Origin: Rickettsia typhi | GTDB lineage: Bacteria > Pseudomonadota > Alphaproteobacteria > Rickettsiales > UBA1997 | DNA: 64,000 nucleotides | Direction of reading: 5' to 3' | Assembly (NCBI GenBank): GCA_945862535.1 | Contig: CAMAYG010000007.1 | Location: 16,864 to 80,863 of the forward strand | Shown: one piece after another, positions 47,572 to 56,133 of the stretch | Layout of the letters: every line of letters begins with the position of its first letter | How positions within the stretch are numbered: the first letter of the stretch is position 1 | Made by a program: the position numbers and the translations under genes | Notes under the pieces: generated by a model | Told to the model about the DNA's origin: nothing | The model's input: the letters and a program-made list of their open reading frames with translations, nothing else | The model's database searches: none

Positions 47572-50500
47572 TTATTGATATTCATCTTGAGATTCTTGAT
47601 AGTCGTGTTGGATAATACTATCGGCAGAATTGTCATCTTCTAGGTTGCCAATAGCCACTTCGTAGCCAGATTGACTTCCTTCAACCTCTGCAACAAGAGC
47701 TGTGTCAATATCGACATCATTAGCAATCTCGCTATCAGATGAAGAAGGTGTAAGGTTGATGCTTTTTGAATCTACCACCGCTTTATCATATCCTGTAATA
47801 TTTTTAAAATTACCAATTTCGCCACCAAAATTTAGGCTTGTCAGCTGGTCGGCACTAACTCCTGTTAATAGGACCTTCACAAATTGCGAACCTTCGCTAT
47901 AACGAACATCTTGCAAAGATAGGCCTTCGTTAGTTTGTACTATTTTATAGACTTGGGCAAAGAATGGCAATTCCAAAACATCTTTTGCCGGATCAAATTT
48001 GATAATATAATCTGGCTCAAGCTTATTATTGCTGTCGTAGCCTTTATATTGAGGCAGTTTAAATACTTTGCCACCCTGACTAGATGAAACATTGCTTTCG
48101 CTTTTAATCGACATAAAATCTTGTTCTTTTGTTGTTGTGTTTATTTTGTTGCTATCGATATTCGCATTATTGTTATCGGTCGTGCTGCTAATGTCTTTAT
48201 TTTCAACCGCCTCAGGTAATTTTTCTTTGCCAATATTAGAATCGATAGCAGTGTGAGAATCGACAGCATCAGAACTGTTGCTAATAACCGATTCTATTGC
48301 TTCGACATATGAATGCGACATTTCGTCGCGAACAAAACTTCCGCCTGGTTGGAAACCGCTAAAATTATCGAGACCAATATCATTTGCAGATATGCCCTTA
48401 AGAATAATACCGTTTTCTGCATTTTCAAGCACAATCTTTGCATTATTATTTCCTAAATCAATAACCTTTATCTGACTCAAATTCATCCAGCCATTAGCAC
48501 TAATAGAATTAGTTGCGATATTAAAGTTTTCGACAACAGTATCTTTATTGTACCACCACTCAACTTTAATAACTTCATTTTTATTAATTGTGCTGTTATT
48601 GCTATTAACATTATTTTGCGGGTTGGTTGGCTGATTCTGGACAATATTTTGTTCGACTGCAGGCTTAATCTCTTCAGCTATTGGTTTAGTCTCTTCGACA
48701 ATCTCCCGCCCCTTGATAATTTTTATATATTCAATCTCTTCTTGAAACTTTACTGGAGTATTAAAAACAATATCGGGCAAATCTTGTTCGATAACATCGG
48801 GAAAAATAAAATAATCGCTTGTATCATTATTTGCCGTAATAATTTGGCTATTGTTAGCAGTTTTACCATCGCTAAATTTTCCAGCAAAACCAAAAAAGTT
48901 ATTTTGCCCTAATGCCGAAGCCTTAACTCCCGCTAGCACAATACCAAAATCTTTTTGTGAGCCGTAGCAGATCATCGCTCCCTCTGCGGTATCTTTAACG
49001 GTAATTTGCGATAAATCCATACCACCAGTACTAGCCCCGATAGAATCGGTGTCAGGATCAAAGTTTTCAATCGGAGTCTGCTTCGACCAATAGCTCCAAG
49101 TCATTTTTGCTTCGATATTAACCTGGCCCATAGCCGAGAAAAAGCCAGTTACCCCAGTAAACATTTTTTGGCTAATCTGACTTACAGAAACACCTTTTAA
49201 CTCAATATATGCATGCATCCCGCCATCTTCACCAATAGAGCCAACCTTAACACTATTGCCGTCTTGAACAACTCTTAGATCTTTAAAGTCTATACCGCTG
49301 GTCCCTTGTATTTTATCGAACTGAGGATTGAAATTTTCAACTACATCCTTACCGCTCCAGCCAATTTTATAAAAATTAGAATTAGCAGTAATTTTATTAA
49401 GATTTATAGATAGTCGATCTTTGGTCACTCCTTCAAATTCTAATTCATAATTACCAACTTTTAAAGTAGCATTGCCATTTTTTTCGCCAATAATTTTCTC
49501 TTTTGCTATATCGCCAAAATTTCTGAAGACAATGTTATCTTTATTAAAATCGAAATCTTTTAACAAAGTTGTTCCACCACCTTTGCCATCGTTTTCTATG
49601 ATAACAGAGTCGTTGCCCTCGCCAGTAACAATAGAGTTATTTCCAGAGCTAGGAGTAAATTCTTCCGAATATTTATCACCAACTAAGATATCATTAACAT
49701 TCGAGCCAAAGATAGTATTATGACCACCAAAATCGTAAAGATATTTCAAATTCGAAGTGCCAGTTTCATCAACTCGAAAAATGCCAGTCAAGAGAGTATC
49801 TGCCGCTCCCCAAGCTCCAGTTAAGTGAGCCATTGCTAATATTCCCGACATCGTAACTTTTACCGTTGTAGTAACTTCAGCTTCTGTGGTTTTTAAAGTG
49901 CCATTATAAGATTCCTTGCCAAGAGTAATTTTGATATTCAGATCTTTCGCTTTCAGCTCGGCAATTTGTTCATCTGTATAAGAAGACTTAAAGCTATAAG
50001 GATATTCCTTATTTAGGATATCGCCAAGGCTTTTGTCATTTTTTGTAAAAATATCTTTGATAACATTGAGATTAAATTTCATTACTTCGCGAATTGCCAT
50101 TTCTTGCTTTGCTGGGTCGGTTAAATCGTCAAAATTATTGATACCATATTTTCCAGTGAAGCTACCCTTCCATTGATTCGAGTTAGTAATGACAAATTTT
50201 GCATTGGCCTGATTTGTTACCTCTAATTTATCATAACTAGCGTTCCACTTCATAAATTTTTCGGTTTCGCCCGGGCCAAATGCCGTGCCATCGGTCCACA
50301 TATAATATTTAGGCAGACTTGCTCCAGAGCCATTTTTAAGACCGCTATCTTGCGGTGTATATATTCCCGCATCAATCAAAACAGCTTCTCCAAGCTGATA
50401 ACCAACAAAACCCCAAGGATTCACCACTTTATATTGAATCGACTCAACAACTTTAGTTGCTTGCTCTAGTAATTCTGGCTTAATATTTTGGTTGCTATCA

Positions 50501-50790
50501 AGAGCAGTGCTTTTAACTTTAAGATTTTCATCGAAAATTCCTAGTTTTTTCATTTCGTTTTCGAAAATTCTAGCGGTATGTAATTTAGTAAAATATTTTT
50601 GAATTGTTCCCTCTTCAGGAATAATTTTGTTTTGATATAATAAGCCATTTTCATCGAGCTTGGCATATTTTATCACCGCTCCTTGATTATAATTGGTAAT
50701 ATACCATTGAGTTAGAGCGGGATTGGTTCCGGATTCAAAAGCCCTCAAGCTAGTGAGAAAGCTTTGGATATTAGTATTAGGGTTTTTCAT
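47572..50790 (-). CDS. Large (1072 aa) putative T1SS substrate: lysozyme-like N-terminal domain, two degenerate RTX-like nonapeptides, five W..ENF[ND]P modules, acidic C-terminus
   Basis: No N-terminal signal peptide. N-terminal motifs are LRAFESG, GFVGYQLGEAVLIDAGIY and GILAMAHLTGAWGA. GSNVNDILVGD and TGEGNDSVII are RTX-like. Five repeated modules are quoted in the findings. First gene of the T1SS operon. Confidence 0.5.
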   Translation of the reverse strand: MKNPNTNIQSFLTSLRAFESGTNPALTQWYITNYNQGAVIKYAKLDENGLLYQNKIIPEEGTIQKYFTKLHTARIFENEMKKLGIFDENLKVKSTALDSNQNIKPELLEQATKVVESIQYKVVNPWGFVGYQLGEAVLIDAGIYTPQDSGLKNGSGASLPKYYMWTDGTAFGPGETEKFMKWNASYDKLEVTNQANAKFVITNSNQWKGSFTGKYGINNFDDLTDPAKQEMAIREVMKFNLNVIKDIFTKNDKSLGDILNKEYPYSFKSSYTDEQIAELKAKDLNIKITLGKESYNGTLKTTEAEVTTTVKVTMSGILAMAHLTGAWGAADTLLTGIFRVDETGTSNLKYLYDFGGHNTIFGSNVNDILVGDKYSEEFTPSSGNNSIVTGEGNDSVIIENDGKGGGTTLLKDFDFNKDNIVFRNFGDIAKEKIIGEKNGNATLKVGNYELEFEGVTKDRLSINLNKITANSNFYKIGWSGKDVVENFNPQFDKIQGTSGIDFKDLRVVQDGNSVKVGSIGEDGGMHAYIELKGVSVSQISQKMFTGVTGFFSAMGQVNIEAKMTWSYWSKQTPIENFDPDTDSIGASTGGMDLSQITVKDTAEGAMICYGSQKDFGIVLAGVKASALGQNNFFGFAGKFSDGKTANNSQIITANNDTSDYFIFPDVIEQDLPDIVFNTPVKFQEEIEYIKIIKGREIVEETKPIAEEIKPAVEQNIVQNQPTNPQNNVNSNNSTINKNEVIKVEWWYNKDTVVENFNIATNSISANGWMNLSQIKVIDLGNNNAKIVLENAENGIILKGISANDIGLDNFSGFQPGGSFVRDEMSHSYVEAIESVISNSSDAVDSHTAIDSNIGKEKLPEAVENKDISSTTDNNNANIDSNKINTTTKEQDFMSIKSESNVSSSQGGKVFKLPQYKGYDSNNKLEPDYIIKFDPAKDVLELPFFAQVYKIVQTNEGLSLQDVRYSEGSQFVKVLLTGVSADQLTSLNFGGEIGNFKNITGYDKAVVDSKSINLTPSSSDSEIANDVDIDTALVAEVEGSQSGYEVAIGNLEDDNSADSIIQHDYQESQDEYQ

Positions 50791-51289
50791 TGGAAAATAT
50801 AATATTTTGTTTCTTAAAATTATAAAGCTATATTATTGTGCCTTCGTTTTCTTTTAGTTTTGATATAAGACTTATTTTGATAATATTTTAGCTAGAGTAA
50901 AATAAAAACGAAAGCAAAAAAAATCTTAAACTTAATATTTTATGTGTCAATAAAAAAATAACAGACATTGAAAATTTTTTTAAAATATTTACGATCGCCT
51001 TTTAAGCTAGTATTTTCCTAGATGTAATGGCTATTTTATTAAATTTTTTAAAATATTTCTAGAAAATTATTTTAAATTTTTAATAAAAACAATGCTAGTT
51101 CCCTTGTTAATCATAGTATTTTTTGAGAAAATGAAGATTATAATCATATAGTTGATTATATTTCCCAGCTTTTTCAAAATTTAGAGCCGAAATATGTTTA
51201 GAGTAGAAAGTAAGGCCTACAACTATTTGGTTATTTAAATAGTTCGTTCTTTATTGGAAATAATGCAAGAAATATTGTTAATCGTTGAA

Positions 51290-51778
51290 TTAACTATATT
51301 CTTGCTTGAGTTTGAGCATTTTGAGTGAGGCTAAAGTAGCAAAGCCACCTTTGTTTTTTTGCAATTTACTTGCCCTTGCGGTTGCTTGCTGATGGTTTTC
51401 TACGGTAATAATGCCATTGCCAATTGGCAACAGATGGTTTATTGCCAAATTATTGATACCTCTGGCACTTTCATTGCAAACAATATCGTAATGGCTAGTT
51501 TCGCCACGAATCACACAGCCTAAGGCAACAAAAGCAATATTGTTGATTTTAGAAATCTCGATATTATTATTTTTGGCAATTGAGTTGGCGATTATATTAA
51601 TTGCCGTTGGTATTTCTAATGCCCCATCGACAGATACAATTTCGCAATCGATAGATTCGGCAAAAATATTTTGATTTTTTATTGCCTCTTCCGCCCCTTC
51701 AAGCAACAAAGCAGAGATGTCTTTGTAGAAATTTGCCTGAATAATAAAAACTTTAACCACTTTAGCCACTTTAACCAT
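51290..51778 (-). CDS. ribH: 6,7-dimethyl-8-ribityllumazine synthase
   Basis: IIQANFYKDISALLLEGA, ALGCVIRGETSHYDIV and ANGIITVEN-type motifs. Its last ~31 codons (51290-51384) form the proximal copy of the island repeat. Confidence 0.85.
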   Translation of the reverse strand: MVKVAKVVKVFIIQANFYKDISALLLEGAEEAIKNQNIFAESIDCEIVSVDGALEIPTAINIIANSIAKNNNIEISKINNIAFVALGCVIRGETSHYDIVCNESARGINNLAINHLLPIGNGIITVENHQQATARASKLQKNKGGFATLASLKMLKLKQEYS

Positions 51779-51792
51779 TAGAGAATTGTAAA

Positions 51793-53220
51793 TTAGCTAT
51801 GAATCGCTCTTTTATCTACTGCCAAACAAGCCTCTTTAATTGCCTCGTTATAAGTAGGGTGGGCATGGCAGGTTCTTGCTAAATCTTCGGCACTACCGCC
51901 AAATTCCATTGCTACTACCGCCTCGTGAATCATATTTCCTGCCTCTCTTGCCACAATATGCACCCCAAGAAGACGATCGGTCTTGGCACAAGCTAAAACC
52001 TTAACTAAACCTTGTTCGTCGAATGTTGCTCTGGCACGAGAATTTGCCATCATCGAAAATTTACCAACTTTATATTCGATTTTACTAGCCTTTAATTCTT
52101 CTTCATTCGCTCCAACGGAAGCAACTTCTGGATAGGTGTAGACAACATTTGGGATTATCGAATAGTTAATATGAGGCTTTTGCCCTGCAATCATTTCTGC
52201 AACAGCAACACCTTCGTCTTCGGCCTTGTGGGCAAGCATTGGCCCAGTAGTGGCATCGCCAATTACCCAAATATTTTCAACATTGGTTTTAAGATGATTA
52301 TTTTCAACAAAACCTCTTTTATCGAGAATAACCCCAATATCTTCAAGACCAAGATTTGCGGTATTTGGCTTTCTGCCAACAGCAACTAGCACGACATCGG
52401 CAGTAATTTTACTAGGGTTTTCGCCATTAGCATCGGCAATTTCAATTTCGGCAATTTCGGCAATTTCCTTATTGCCCGATTTCTTTTTGCTCACCGCTAA
52501 AACTTTGGTAGCAAGGCGGAATTTGATATTTTGTTTTTCGAGAATTTTTTGAAAATTACGAGATATTTCGGCATCGAGATTTGGGGTAATGCGATCGAGA
52601 TATTCTATTACCTCGACCTCTGCTCCAAATCTGCTCCATACCGAGCCCAATTCTAAACCGATAACTCCGGCACCAATAACAATCATCTTTTTTGGCACAG
52701 CACGAAGCTCTAGGGCACCTGTCGAAGAAACTATTACTTTTTCGTCAATTACTACATTTGGCAAGCTTATTACTTGCGAACCAGTGGCAATAATAAAGTT
52801 TTTCGCACTAATTATTTTGCTTTCTGTTTTGCCAGTAATTTCAACCTGATTTTTATTGATAAATTTTGCTAAACCTTGTATGTGAGTTACCTTGTTTTTC
52901 TTCAAAAGACCAGCGATACCGCCTGTAAGACCAGCGATAATTTTGTTTTTATTTTCCAAAACTTTATTAAGGTTGAGAGAGATATTTTTTGCTTCAATTC
53001 CCAATTCGGCAAATTGATGATTAGCATCGTGATATTTATGCGAAATTTCGAGCATCGCTTTAGATGGAATGCAACCTACATTTAAACAGGTTCCACCAAG
53101 GCTAGAATCTTTTTCAATACAAGCGGTTTTAAGACCTAATTGGGCAGCCCTGATTGAGGCAACATAACCACCAGGGCCAGCACCAATAATAACAACATCG
53201 AAATCGAAAGAATTAGTCAT
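51793..53220 (-). CDS. lpdA: Dihydrolipoyl dehydrogenase
   Basis: VIIGAGPGGYVASIRAAQLG, the redox disulfide GGTCLNVGCIPSK, and C-terminal HAHPTYNE. Confidence 0.9.
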   Translation of the reverse strand: MTNSFDFDVVIIGAGPGGYVASIRAAQLGLKTACIEKDSSLGGTCLNVGCIPSKAMLEISHKYHDANHQFAELGIEAKNISLNLNKVLENKNKIIAGLTGGIAGLLKKNKVTHIQGLAKFINKNQVEITGKTESKIISAKNFIIATGSQVISLPNVVIDEKVIVSSTGALELRAVPKKMIVIGAGVIGLELGSVWSRFGAEVEVIEYLDRITPNLDAEISRNFQKILEKQNIKFRLATKVLAVSKKKSGNKEIAEIAEIEIADANGENPSKITADVVLVAVGRKPNTANLGLEDIGVILDKRGFVENNHLKTNVENIWVIGDATTGPMLAHKAEDEGVAVAEMIAGQKPHINYSIIPNVVYTYPEVASVGANEEELKASKIEYKVGKFSMMANSRARATFDEQGLVKVLACAKTDRLLGVHIVAREAGNMIHEAVVAMEFGGSAEDLARTCHAHPTYNEAIKEACLAVDKRAIHS

Positions 53221-53343
53221 AATAATAGATTTAAAGTTACAGCGGTAAGTAGATTCACTTAAAAAAACAGAAATATAATTTTAAAAGATAAATTATAAAG
53301 TCAAGCAAAATAGCATTATTTTAAGCAATAAAACTCTTAAAAA

Positions 53344-54066
53344 CTATCTTGCTATTTCGATTATTTGCTTAATTCCCCAAATTGTTAAGAACAATAAAAT
53401 TATCGCTAGACTACAAATAATTGTAAAATTATTGGTAAAATCGTTAAAAATTGCCACCTGACTCACCAAAATTGTTGGGATAAGCATTGGCACAGCAATA
53501 ATTGTTGCTAATGCCATCTGATTGTTTTGACGATTTTTTATTAAAGCAAAACTGCCACAAAAGGCGGTAATTAAAGAAATATTAAAACTGGCAACAATGG
53601 TTATAAGGATAATATGCAAAAAAATTGTTGAACCCTTTAAATTTAAAAGCCTATCGCTATTATTTGCCAAAATTATCGCATCGAGATCGGTCATCGATAA
53701 ATAGCATATTAAAACTAATAATATTGGCACTATCTGCCTAAGCCAACCCACAATTAAACGAACAAAAATAATAATTTCAAGATGACGGACTGCCAAAATC
53801 ATTTGGTCTAAGCTACCCTCTTCCATTCTATTGACAAGAAATTTTTGATTGTCGCTTTGCGAATTGCTAATAATTGTAAAAATAGCAATGGCAAAAATTT
53901 GAAGCAGACGATCAATTGGCTGTAGCGGTTGTGGCAGAATTATTTGCAAGATAATCATCGTGGTCACAAAAAACAATAAATTAATTGCGAGATTTTGCCA
54001 ATAACGATAATCGATTCTCGCCTCATAACAAAGCAAAATCAACAGATTTCTAAGAATTTTTTGCAT
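53344..54066 (-). CDS. ccmB: Heme exporter protein CcmB
   Basis: Six hydrophobic segments and the EEGSLDQMILA motif typical of CcmB. No ccmA or ccmC is adjacent. Confidence 0.7.
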   Translation of the reverse strand: MQKILRNLLILLCYEARIDYRYWQNLAINLLFFVTTMIILQIILPQPLQPIDRLLQIFAIAIFTIISNSQSDNQKFLVNRMEEGSLDQMILAVRHLEIIIFVRLIVGWLRQIVPILLVLICYLSMTDLDAIILANNSDRLLNLKGSTIFLHIILITIVASFNISLITAFCGSFALIKNRQNNQMALATIIAVPMLIPTILVSQVAIFNDFTNNFTIICSLAIILLFLTIWGIKQIIEIAR

Positions 54067-54095
54067 ATTATAATGTAATTTTAAGCATAAAATGA

Positions 54096-54746
54096 TTATT
54101 TGCTAAAAATCTCAATACCGCCAAAACCTTTAAAACCAAGCTTTGGCAATATTTTGATGTTTTTTTTATTGATTCCACCAAGAGCAAAAATATTAGCATT
54201 TTCTTTTAGCTGGTTTTTAATCATAAATTTTGTTAATTGCAACAACGGAATTGGCTTTTGTTGCGGGTGACTTTTCGTGCTAAAAACTGGCGAGATAAAA
54301 ATAATGTCGATGTCGCGATTTTTACTTGCTTGCAACAAGCTTTTAAAACTATGGCTTGCAAAAGTTACTAGCCTTTTGCTGTTGCGGTATCTTTTTGCCA
54401 ATTGTAAAAATTGTAGCTTTGCCGATGCCGATTTTCTGCGGTCGGAACTGTGAATGCCACACCGCAAGAACGAGCTAGAAATATTATAATGATGAGCATT
54501 GATTAAAATTAGTTGATTTTTATCGAATGATCGATAAATTTCGCTAAGTTCGGCTTTGCGATTTGTTTTGTCTAGGTCGTATTCGCGGTAAATTACTGCT
54601 TTTTTTTGCGATTTATCAACAAATCTTAATAAAAATCGGGGCAAATCGCCAATTCTAGCCCGATCGCTAAACAAAACAATATTGGGCCTTGGCTTATTAA
54701 CCGCTAAATTAGCTTTTAAACCATTATTATCAAACATATTAATCAT
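54096..54746 (-). CDS. Thiamine-phosphate synthase (ThiE/TenI)-like protein
   Basis: The C-terminal IFISPVFSTKSHP...IFALGGINKKNI...GFGGIEIF matches the ThiE-fold phosphate-binding pattern. Start moved to ATG 54746 (tracked start 54854 overlaps yggS). Confidence 0.55.
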   Translation of the reverse strand: MINMFDNNGLKANLAVNKPRPNIVLFSDRARIGDLPRFLLRFVDKSQKKAVIYREYDLDKTNRKAELSEIYRSFDKNQLILINAHHYNISSSFLRCGIHSSDRRKSASAKLQFLQLAKRYRNSKRLVTFASHSFKSLLQASKNRDIDIIFISPVFSTKSHPQQKPIPLLQLTKFMIKNQLKENANIFALGGINKKNIKILPKLGFKGFGGIEIFSK

Positions 54747-54751
54747 TATCG

Positions 54752-55588
54752 ATGACAGAAATAAATTTAAAAAATATCGAGGAAAGCAAAAATCAACAAA
54801 TCTCGGGACAAATCTCGACAACTTCTCTGGATATTGCAACAAATTTAACAACAATTAGAGCCGAAGTTGCTAAAGCTTGCCAAATTATTAACAGACCGGC
54901 AGATCTGGTGAATCTGATGGCAGTAAGCAAAAAAGTTAGTATCGAAAGAATTATCGAGGCAATAAATTGTGGCTGTAACTATTTTGCCGAAAATTATGTG
55001 CAAGAAGCCAAGGAAAAATGGACAGAAATTGCCAATCGAGGTTTTTTCAATCAATTCCCGAATCTTAAACTTGCTTTTATTGGCAAAATACAAAGTAATA
55101 AGGTTCCTGAAATTGTCAAATTATTTTCAATTGTTGAAGGAGTTGATAATATAAAAATTGCTACAGCATTAAATCTAGAGGCACAAAAACAGCAAAAAAA
55201 ATTAACAATATTAATTCAGGTAAATGTTGGTGAGGAAGAGCAAAAATCTGGGGTAATGCCTGCCGATTTAGCAACTTTAATAGATTTCGTTCGCAGTCAG
55301 GAGTATTTGATTTTAAAGGGCTTAATGGCAATTCCGCCCGTGCCAAAAAACTATGTTCCAGCAAAACCAGCACCAGAAGAACAAATGGAAGACCCAGCAC
55401 CAGAAGAACAAGCTCCAGAAAAGCAAGTAAACGAAACCGCACTTTATTTTGCCTTATTAAATCGCCTTGCCAAAAAACATAAAATCGACTATTTATCCAT
55501 GGGGATGAGTGGCGATTATTTGCTTGCCATTAATTGCGGTAGCAATGAAATTAGGCTTGGAACTGCAATATTTGGGGCAAGAAGCTAG
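54752..55588 (+). CDS. yggS: PLP-homeostasis protein YggS (COG0325) with a Pro/Glu-rich insertion
   Basis: NLMAVSKK, YFAENYVQEA, IGKIQSNK, LSMGMSGDY and IRLGTAIFG. Insertion PAKPAPEEQMEDPAPEEQAPEKQ. Confidence 0.8.
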   Translation: MTEINLKNIEESKNQQISGQISTTSLDIATNLTTIRAEVAKACQIINRPADLVNLMAVSKKVSIERIIEAINCGCNYFAENYVQEAKEKWTEIANRGFFNQFPNLKLAFIGKIQSNKVPEIVKLFSIVEGVDNIKIATALNLEAQKQQKKLTILIQVNVGEEEQKSGVMPADLATLIDFVRSQEYLILKGLMAIPPVPKNYVPAKPAPEEQMEDPAPEEQAPEKQVNETALYFALLNRLAKKHKIDYLSMGMSGDYLLAINCGSNEIRLGTAIFGARS

Positions 55589-55839
55589 TTTTCTTCTTTG
55601 CTAATTTGTTGTAATTTAAGCTTTAACTTATAGCTTTTAACAACCGTTACCACTAGCAAAATAGCCAAAATTAGCAAGGTAATAAAAAAGGCACGATTAA
55701 CAAAAAAACTATAATCTTTTGGCTGGTATTTTGTATCTACCCCATAAGTCAAAATATTATCTTTATTAACTTCCTGACCCGTGGAATTATTAACGGAATT
55801 ATTAACTGAATTATTGGTTGAATTATTAGAATTCTTCAT
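55585..55839 (-). CDS. Small Asn-rich protein with a C-terminal TM helix, unknown function
   Basis: ATG at 55839. NNSVNNSVNNS repeat and TM helix FFITLLILAILLVVTVV. Support is ORF-level only. Confidence 0.3.
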   Translation of the reverse strand: MKNSNNSTNNSVNNSVNNSTGQEVNKDNILTYGVDTKYQPKDYSFFVNRAFFITLLILAILLVVTVVKSYKLKLKLQQISKEEN

Positions 55840-55970
55840 AAATAGAAAAAAAATCAATTGAGGGCTTGCAAAAAAAAATATTTGTTTTAAGTTATTGCCA
55901 AATTGTTAATTTGCAATGCTAATTTAGCCAATAAATCAACAGAGTTTTATATCTGCAAATAAAAAGAGAA

Positions 55971-56046
55971 GCCTAGATAGCTCAGTCGGTAGAGCAAAGG
56001 ACTGAAAATCCTTGTGTCGGCGGTTCGATTCCGTCTCTAGGCACCA
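55971..56046 (+). tRNA. tRNA-Phe (anticodon GAA)
   Basis: GCCTAGATAGCTCAGTCGGTAGAGCAAAGGACTGAAAATCCTTGTGTCGGCGGTTCGATTCCGTCTCTAGGCACCA. Cloverleaf with CCA end and anticodon loop CTGAAAA. Confidence 0.95.
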
Positions 56047-56133
56047 CTCCCTCATAATGCAAATTAAGAATAAGCTATAATTTAAAATCTAAGCTTAAAC
56101 TCCTAGTTAAACACCAAATAACAGCTAAATAAT

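Larger units (their letters stand above)
40413..51384 (-). mobile_element. Candidate integrated genomic island (~11 kb) in the ribH 3' end carrying a T1SS and its putative substrates; probably immobilised
   Basis: Flanking imperfect direct repeats derive from the ribH 3' end. A recombinase-like gene lies 64 nt from the distal repeat. Six co-oriented genes sit between the repeats. Confidence 0.55.

Noticed and set aside
50791-51289. The 500-bp AT-rich spacer between ribH and the 1072-aa gene, examined for small ORFs, RNA genes or an attP-like core.
   Set aside because: It contains only AT-rich sequence with a duplicated ttttttaaaatattt motif. No ORF, hairpin-rich RNA or further ribH-derived repeat was recognisable. 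It is most simply the island operon's promoter region.
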